Source of the DNA: Patescibacteria group bacterium
GTDB lineage: Bacteria > Patescibacteriota > Minisyncoccia > Phycocordibacterales > PALSA-1337
Direction of reading: 5' to 3'
NCBI GenBank assembly: GCA_038065415.1
Contig: JBBTRA010000006.1
Location: 15,262-79,261 of the forward strand
DNA: 64,000 bases
The notes beneath the pieces were generated by a model. It did not search any database and was not told the origin of the DNA. It was given only the letters and a program-made list of their open reading frames with translations. A program made the translations under genes and the position numbers. Positions 58,287-64,000 of this stretch are shown piece by piece (within the stretch, counting starts at the first letter, position 1; each line of letters begins with the position of its first letter).

Positions 58287-59108
58287 TTATTTTGACACTT
58301 TGTTCCTGAATAGGTGAGCGGCTAGGGGTATACAGATCGCTATAATCGCTAGGCACCAGATGAGCGTCGCCCATCCGTGGTTGCCGAGAGGCGTGCCGAC
58401 CATAAGTGCACGCATGGCTTCAATCACATGTGTGACTGGCTGATTTTCGGCGAAGATGCGCAGGTACTTCGGCATGGTCTCAGTGGGCACGAATGCGGCG
58501 CTTGCGAAGGTTAGAGGGAAAACAAGGACGAATCCGAACCACTGCACCGCTTCGACACTCTTGGCGAGGAGTCCTATGACCGCAGAGAGCCAGGAGAAGG
58601 CGAAGGTGAACAGGAGAAGCAAGCCGAGGATCATGAGCCAATCCGTGAAAGAAGCAACGGGTCGGAAGTCGATGAATAGGGCGACAATGATCATGACGAT
58701 AGACGAGAGCACGTTCCTCACCAGGTCAGCGACGACGTGACCCGTGAGGACTGCGGAGCTCAGGATGGGAAGTGATTTGAGGCGATCGATGATGCCTCTC
58801 TGGACGTCAGTGGCTACAGAGAGGGAAGTGGTCGTGGCTCCAAATGCTGCAGTTTGAATAAGAATACCAGCGACGAGGAAGTTCACATATGAGGTTCCTC
58901 CGGTGTCGATCGCCCCACCGAAGACATAGCGGAAGAGCAGCATGAACATGATTGGCTGCATCACGATGGACAGAAGCTGATCCATGTTGCGGAAGATGTG
59001 TCTGAGACTCCTCTGAATCAGTACGAAGGAATCAGAAAATCCAGACACGAAAGCAGAGTGATGCTTGGCGTTCTCTTCTTTGGGTATTGAAAGCAACGTG
59101 TCGTTCAT
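58287..59108 (-). CDS. ABC-2 type exporter permease (DrrB-like)
   Basis: QPIMFMLLFRYVFGGAI, FASAAFVP..MP, NQPVT. Confidence 0.92.
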   Translation of the reverse strand: MNDTLLSIPKEENAKHHSAFVSGFSDSFVLIQRSLRHIFRNMDQLLSIVMQPIMFMLLFRYVFGGAIDTGGTSYVNFLVAGILIQTAAFGATTTSLSVATDVQRGIIDRLKSLPILSSAVLTGHVVADLVRNVLSSIVMIIVALFIDFRPVASFTDWLMILGLLLLFTFAFSWLSAVIGLLAKSVEAVQWFGFVLVFPLTFASAAFVPTETMPKYLRIFAENQPVTHVIEAMRALMVGTPLGNHGWATLIWCLAIIAICIPLAAHLFRNKVSK

Positions 59109-59119
59109 ATGCGTGTATG

Positions 59120-60094
59120 TTATGATTTTGCACTCTCAGCCTGCTCAAGTGTCGCGGCGTGACCAGTAAGGCGAAGGAATACGTCATCGAGTGTAGGCTT
59201 TTGTATCGACATTGACTCTATAGCGATGTTTGCGCCGCTTACGGTATCGAGGATTTTCTTGACGTCTTCTACGCCACCCTCGATAGGTATAACGAGTACA
59301 TGGCGGTCGTCTTGTTCGACAATCGAACCGGAACCATTGATCTTGAGGGCCTTGTCAGCATCCTCAGGACGGGAAAATACGAGTTCGAGTCTGTCGCTAC
59401 CGACTTTTGCCTTGAGCTCGTCGGCTGTCCCCTCGACTATCACTCGACCGTGATCAATCACTGCAATCCGGTCGGCAAGCTTGTCCGCTTCTTCGAGATA
59501 TTGGGTGGTGAGAAGGATAGTTGCCCCGTCCTTCATGAGGCGTTCGATAACATTCCACATGGCTATTCTCGAGCGAGGATCGAGACCGGTAGTTGGTTCA
59601 TCGAGGAAAAGTACTGGAGGTGTTGCGACGAGAGAGAGGGCAAGATCGAGCCTCCTCTTCATGCCGCCGGAATATGTCTTGGCAATCCTCTTGCCGGCAT
59701 CGACGAGGTCGAACTGCTCCAAGAGCTTCTTTGCCCTGCGAGTGCTCTCTTCTAGTCCGAGGTGGTAGAGCCTTCCCATCATGATGATGTTCTCTTCGCC
59801 GGTGAGGTATTCATCGATGGCAGCGTATTGCCCTGTGAGACCGATGAGACTGCGTACTTTGCGGGAATCCTTTACCACGTCGAAGCCTTCTACGTATGCG
59901 TTACCTCCAGTAGGTTTGAGGAGGGTAGAGAGGATGCGTACGGTCGTGGTCTTGCCGGCGCCGTTTGGTCCAAGGAGTGCAAGCATCTTGCCCTTGGGCA
60001 CTGTAAGATCGAGTCCCTCAAGGACTTTGAGATCCTTGAAGTTTTTCTTGAGACCTTTCACTTCTATCGAGTTTTTTGTAGAGGTGGTTGCCAT
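59120..60094 (-). CDS. ABC exporter ATP-binding protein (DrrA-like)
   Basis: GPNGAGKT, YSGGM, LFLDEPTTGLD, TTQYLEEA. Confidence 0.95.
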   Translation of the reverse strand: MATTSTKNSIEVKGLKKNFKDLKVLEGLDLTVPKGKMLALLGPNGAGKTTTVRILSTLLKPTGGNAYVEGFDVVKDSRKVRSLIGLTGQYAAIDEYLTGEENIIMMGRLYHLGLEESTRRAKKLLEQFDLVDAGKRIAKTYSGGMKRRLDLALSLVATPPVLFLDEPTTGLDPRSRIAMWNVIERLMKDGATILLTTQYLEEADKLADRIAVIDHGRVIVEGTADELKAKVGSDRLELVFSRPEDADKALKINGSGSIVEQDDRHVLVIPIEGGVEDVKKILDTVSGANIAIESMSIQKPTLDDVFLRLTGHAATLEQAESAKS

Positions 60095-60243
60095 ACTAGT
60101 GTGTGTCTATTTATATCATATCGAGGTGCGACTCGACTATTGTTGAACGTCAAAAATTGTGGTAGAAACATTACCTTTTTGATCGCATACTTCTTGTCTA
60201 TTTGTATATCGCGATTTACGCTGCATATACTTTATTTTTTCTG

Positions 60244-60330
60244 CGGAGACGGTGGGATTCGAACCCACGAGGGAGTTTCCCCCCTAACACCTTAGCACGG
60301 TGCCGCTTTCGACCACTCAGCCACGTCTCC
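60244..60330 (-). tRNA. tRNA-Ser (anticodon GCU)
   Basis: GGAGACG/CGTCTCC acceptor, long variable arm, loop gtGCTaa, GGTTCGAATCC. Confidence 0.93.
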
Positions 60331-60571
60331 GTATATTATATTTTATCTTGAACTCCTCTCTTTTGTAACCCTTCTTACATTCTTTTTCTAGCATTCGAGC
60401 TTCTTTTTCCGATGTGCAAGCCATGGATTCTAGAAGTACAAAAGGTCTTTTTGATCGGATTGAAGGCGTCTGTCCCGAATTGTGTTCGGCAAGCCTTCGC
60501 TGCATATCGTTGGTTTTACCGATATACAAACTTTCGTCTTTTGTACTTTTTAGAATGTACACGTAATGCAT
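60317..60571 (-). CDS. Stand-alone GIY-YIG nuclease; stop codon lies inside the tRNA 5' end
   Basis: MHYVYILKS...LYIGKTNDMQRRLAEHN...EARMLEK. Confidence 0.9.
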   Translation of the reverse strand: MHYVYILKSTKDESLYIGKTNDMQRRLAEHNSGQTPSIRSKRPFVLLESMACTSEKEARMLEKECKKGYKREEFKIKYNIRRRG

Positions 60572-60594
60572 AGTTTGGAATTTTAATGTACTCA

Positions 60595-60644
60595 TGCCGC
60601 TTTCGACCCCTGCCTGCCGGCAGGCAGGACTCAGCCACGTCTCC
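60595..60644 (-). repeat. Duplicate of tRNA-Ser 5' 30 nt interrupted by a perfect 20-bp palindrome (60609-60628)
   Basis: 60595-608 equals 60301-314 and 60629-644 equals 60315-330; insert CCTGCCTGCCGGCAGGCAGG. Confidence 0.95.
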
Positions 60645-60762
60645 AGTTCCGCCATTCTTGCACAAAACCGTATATTTATCAAAAATCACACTCTGTTGCA
60701 TACCATATATATCGGCTGTACAATGGAGCCATTAATCAGCCAACACGCATTTGCACACATAT

Positions 60763-61158
60763 ATGAACCCAGATACCACGCAGAACCCAGCGCCTACACC
60801 AGCACAGGAACCTACTCCTACTCCAGCGCCAGCTCCCGAATCAGTCGCTGCGCTGCCTCCGAAGCACAATACCCTCATGGCAGTACTTGCGTACATTGGT
60901 CCGCTTGTTCTCGTTTCGTACCTTACTGCTAAGGATGATTCATTTGTTAAGTTCCATATCAAGCAAGGACTTGTCCTTCTCGTGATTGAAGTCATCGTCT
61001 GGGTGATCGTTCGCATGATCTGGATGCTCTGGCCGGTTGGGCAGATCGTACATCTTGTAGTATTCATCCTCGCCATCGTCGGTATCGTCAATGTTCTGAA
61101 AGGCAGGGAGAAGGCGCTGCCGTTCGTCGGGTCATTTGCAGCGCACTTTAAGATATAG
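60763..61158 (+). CDS. DUF4870-like membrane protein
   Basis: Pro-rich N-terminus, AVLAY, FVKFHIKQG, LPFVG. Confidence 0.8.
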   Translation: MNPDTTQNPAPTPAQEPTPTPAPAPESVAALPPKHNTLMAVLAYIGPLVLVSYLTAKDDSFVKFHIKQGLVLLVIEVIVWVIVRMIWMLWPVGQIVHLVVFILAIVGIVNVLKGREKALPFVGSFAAHFKI

Positions 61159-61161
61159 TCC

Positions 61162-62361
61162 GTGAAGACCGTCACCGATACAGCTCGCATCGAAGCCCTC
61201 TTCGCCCGCGCCACGGTGACGGATATCTTGCCGACCAAGGACGCGTTCACCGCGCGCCTCCTTTCTGGTGAGAAGCTCAGGATGTATATCGGTTTTGATC
61301 CTACGTTCACCTCGCTCCATCTCGGTCATGCCAAAAACCTCATGTTTCTGGAAGAGCTCCGTCAGCTCGGCCATGAGGTCATCGTACTTTTCGGTGACTT
61401 CACTGCACAGATCGGAGATCCGAGTGACAAGGCGGCAACGAGAAAGCAGCTCACTACAGAGGATGTGAAGAGAAATGTCGCCGGTTGGGTCAAGCAGGTC
61501 AAACCACTCCTTGATTTTGATGCCGCGGAAAACCCTGCGGTCATCAGATACAACTCAGAGTGGCTCTCAAAGCTTTCATTCTCTGATGTCGTCAGCCTCG
61601 CTTCAAACTTTACTGTCCAGCAAATGTTGGAGCGTGATATGTTCCAGAAGCGCCTCAAGGAGAACAACCCGATTCATGTTCATGAGTTCATGTATCCACT
61701 TATGCAGGGATATGACAGCGTTGCCATGGATGTGGATGCTGAGCTTTGTGGTACGGATCAGATTTTCAATGCGCTCGCCGGCCGTACACTCATGAAGCGC
61801 CTCAAAGACAAGGAGAAGTTCGTGGTCGCCCTCAATCTCATCGCCAACCCTAAAACGGGTGAACTCATGTCCAAGTCAAATGGTACTGGGGTTTTCATAG
61901 ACCAGTCGCCGAATGAGCTGTTCGGCTCGCTCATGGCTTTGCCGGATCCGATGATAGAGCCTTTGTTCCTCAACTGTACGCGTATTCCTATGGAAGAAAA
62001 AGATGCCCTCATGGCACTCGGTCCACGCCTCGCCAAAGCTCGGGTTGCATCTGATATTGTGAAGCGTTTCCATGGCGAGAAGGCCGCCGTTGATGCTGAA
62101 CAGGCATTCGAGAATACCTTTGCCAAAGGTGGTGTGCCAGAAGATATTCAGGAAGTGAAGTTTGCTTCAGGTGACGTACTTTCAGACGTACTTGTGAAGG
62201 CGGGTATCGTGCCGTCAAAAGCAGAGTGGCGCCGACTGATCGATGGTGGCGGTATCAAGACCGAGGATGATACCAAGATAACTGATCCGCATTTCCTGCC
62301 CAAGGAGACGATGGTGCTCAAGATAGGGAAGCGTAGGTTCGTGAAGATTGTTGTGTCTTAA
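61162..62361 (+). CDS. tyrS: Tyrosine--tRNA ligase
   Basis: GFDPT..LHLGH, YPLMQGYDS, GTDQ.FN, LMSKS, C-terminal S4 domain. Confidence 0.97.
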   Translation: MKTVTDTARIEALFARATVTDILPTKDAFTARLLSGEKLRMYIGFDPTFTSLHLGHAKNLMFLEELRQLGHEVIVLFGDFTAQIGDPSDKAATRKQLTTEDVKRNVAGWVKQVKPLLDFDAAENPAVIRYNSEWLSKLSFSDVVSLASNFTVQQMLERDMFQKRLKENNPIHVHEFMYPLMQGYDSVAMDVDAELCGTDQIFNALAGRTLMKRLKDKEKFVVALNLIANPKTGELMSKSNGTGVFIDQSPNELFGSLMALPDPMIEPLFLNCTRIPMEEKDALMALGPRLAKARVASDIVKRFHGEKAAVDAEQAFENTFAKGGVPEDIQEVKFASGDVLSDVLVKAGIVPSKAEWRRLIDGGGIKTEDDTKITDPHFLPKETMVLKIGKRRFVKIVVS

Positions 62362-62365
62362 TCAC

Positions 62366-62794
62366 ATGGTTTATCTTGAGAAGCCAGATACATTTTCACC
62401 CGCATTTGAAGTCGCGAGTTGTTTTTTTGAGCATGATGGGGAGATCCTCTTGTTGCATAGGAATGACGGGCTCGGCGAAAAAGATACGTGGGGAGTCCCT
62501 GCGGGTAAGATAGAGATCGGCGAGGAGGCGGCAGAGGCAATAATCAGGGAAGCCCGGGAAGAGGCCGGCATCATCATCGATTCACCCGATCTGACATTTT
62601 TTAAAAAAGTGTATGTGAAATATCCGGACAAAGACTTTGTGTTTCATATGTTCCACTTTCCTTTGAAGGAAAAGCCAGTCATCACTATCAATGACGAGAG
62701 CAAGGCGTTCACGTGGATGAAGCCGGCCGAAGCATTGAATCTCAATCTGATCCAGGATGAGGATGCCTGCATCAATCTTTTTTATTTCCAGTAG
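62366..62794 (+). CDS. NUDIX hydrolase
   Basis: GKIEIGEEAAEAIIREAREEAG Nudix box. Confidence 0.92.
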   Translation: MVYLEKPDTFSPAFEVASCFFEHDGEILLLHRNDGLGEKDTWGVPAGKIEIGEEAAEAIIREAREEAGIIIDSPDLTFFKKVYVKYPDKDFVFHMFHFPLKEKPVITINDESKAFTWMKPAEALNLNLIQDEDACINLFYFQ

Positions 62795-62864
62795 CCTAGG
62801 ATGTGCTTTTGAAATCATGCTAGAATCATAGGAGGAAGATTATACATCTAATAACATCACTCAT

Positions 62865-63026
62865 ATGAACAAAGGCAATTCAACAACCAATGCAATCCTC
62901 GTTATCTTGCTTGTGATCGTGGTGGCATTCGCTGTCTGGTATATGACCATGCGCACAGCCACAGCTCCTGTAGAAGATGGTGCAAATATCGAGCTTAATC
63001 TCGGAGGTAGCAGTGGTCAGGAATAA
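62865..63026 (+). CDS. 53-aa single-TM protein (not in ORF track)
   Basis: MNKGNSTTNAILVILLVIVVAFAVWYMTMRTATAPVEDGANIELNLGGSSGQE. Confidence 0.6.
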   Translation: MNKGNSTTNAILVILLVIVVAFAVWYMTMRTATAPVEDGANIELNLGGSSGQE

Positions 63027-63056
63027 AATAAACGAGGTAGGCTTTCTGTGAGCTGG

Positions 63057-63773
63057 TCAGTGCGCGAGTGAAAGTGCTCGTACATTCTCAAATCCGACAC
63101 CTTTGAGTGTTTTTATAGCTTCATGCACGGTACTTCCTGTGGTGATCACATCGTCAATGATGAGTACGGGGGCTTTTCGAGCCGCTATATCTTGGTAGTT
63201 CAACCTTTCCAGTACCTCATGATCGATACTAAAGATTCCTCGAGCGCTTTCTAGGCGGTCTGCACGCCCCTTGAGCGTTTGTCTTGCTGCGTGCTGGGTG
63301 CGTATGAGCAGGTTTTTCTCAAAAATAAAAGATCCGCTTGACTCAATTTTTGCGAGCCGCTCCACTTCATCAATCAGTAACTCGCATTGATTGTATCCGC
63401 GTTCACGCCGTCGACGGGGAGTGATAGGAACAGGTACGATAAGGGTTTTCTTGAGATTTTCTGGGGTCGTGGCAGATTGGTGCTCTTGTAGTATCATCCG
63501 CAACAACGCATATCCGCCTAGCTGTATCGCCCATGGTGACTTCTTGTACTTTATACTCCACACTAGCTTCGAAACACGTTCGTCCTGATAGGCGAACACT
63601 GATCGTGCGCCCGGCAAGGGAAGTGCGAGGCCAGAAAAATCAGGGGCTGGCGGGAGTGACAGGTATGCATCCTTTGGAGAGTATGACAAAAGCTCCTGTT
63701 CTGCTGGGGAAAGAGGGAACAGGGCATCCAGTATTATTTTGCCTATACGTAACCCGAATCTTGTAGGGGTCAT
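63057..63773 (-). CDS. comF: ComF family phosphoribosyltransferase-like competence protein
   Basis: VPVP...RERGYNQ, IIDDVITTGST. Confidence 0.9.
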   Translation of the reverse strand: MTPTRFGLRIGKIILDALFPLSPAEQELLSYSPKDAYLSLPPAPDFSGLALPLPGARSVFAYQDERVSKLVWSIKYKKSPWAIQLGGYALLRMILQEHQSATTPENLKKTLIVPVPITPRRRRERGYNQCELLIDEVERLAKIESSGSFIFEKNLLIRTQHAARQTLKGRADRLESARGIFSIDHEVLERLNYQDIAARKAPVLIIDDVITTGSTVHEAIKTLKGVGFENVRALSLAH

Positions 63774-63885
63774 GAGTCGAGCATAGCAGGGGCATATGAT
63801 GAAATGATGAAGATAGCGGAAATACGCGCTTTTCTAGAATTCTCACAGGTTTCCTTCTTTGCTTCTTTCCATATATAATACCTCT

Positions 63886-64000
63886 ATGGCCCTGTTTTCC
63901 TCATTTTTCAAAAAAGAATCAAGTGTATTGGGCATAGATATCGGGTCATCTGCTATCAAAATCATACAGATCAAGAAGAAGCGTGGTCGTGCCGTCCTGG
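63886..64000 (+). CDS. pilM: Type IV pilus assembly protein PilM, 5' partial
   Basis: SVLGIDIGSSAIKIIQ; TATAAT 6 nt before the ATG. Confidence 0.8.
   Translation, partial: MALFSSFFKKESSVLGIDIGSSAIKIIQIKKKRGRAVL

Noticed and set aside
60244-60644. Intron-containing or split tRNA
   Set aside because: The downstream tRNA is complete on its own, and no group I/II core or bulge-helix-bulge motif is evident.
60732-61310. 192-aa minus-strand ORF with a GAGAGV repeat
   Set aside because: Antisense shadow of the Pro-rich DUF4870-like gene and the tyrS start.
1-64000. CRISPR array, prophage, integrase or transposase
   Set aside because: No regularly spaced repeats and no cas, capsid, terminase, integrase or DDE/HUH ORFs were recognised.

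Overview
Chromosomal segment of a reduced-genome bacterium, most likely Patescibacteria/CPR (Parcubacteria-like). This is inferred from the gene set, the split comEC, the many pilins and a tRNA-Ile(UAU). Housekeeping genes include nusA, tpiA, pgk, recJ, rnhA, sod, rpmB, rpsL-rpsG...fusA, adk, map, ndk, infC-rpmI-rplT, cls, smpB, ftsH, recG, a mutY-like gene and tyrS. There are also type IV pilus/competence genes (pilB, pilC, minor pilins, comEC, comF, start of pilM) and RNA genes read directly from the sequence (tmRNA, a compact 6S-like RNA, tRNA-Ile UAU, tRNA-Ser GCU). The main unexplained structures are: (1) two copies of a perfect-arm cruciform element (37- and 41-bp arms, conserved 36-nt core) whose outer end could supply the -35 box of a neighbouring gene; (2) a GIY-YIG nuclease gene between tRNA-Ser and an exact duplicate of its 5' 30 nt, the duplicate carrying a clean 20-bp palindrome insertion; (3) a structured palindromic in-frame insertion in recG; (4) three separately transcribed orphan regulators (sigma70 paralogue, sensorless sigma54 activator, DnaA-domain-IV-like protein) divergent from the pilus operon; (5) a four-pilin array interleaved with a polytopic membrane protein and a CarS-like gene. 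No database searches or folding programs were run; family calls come from motif recognition.
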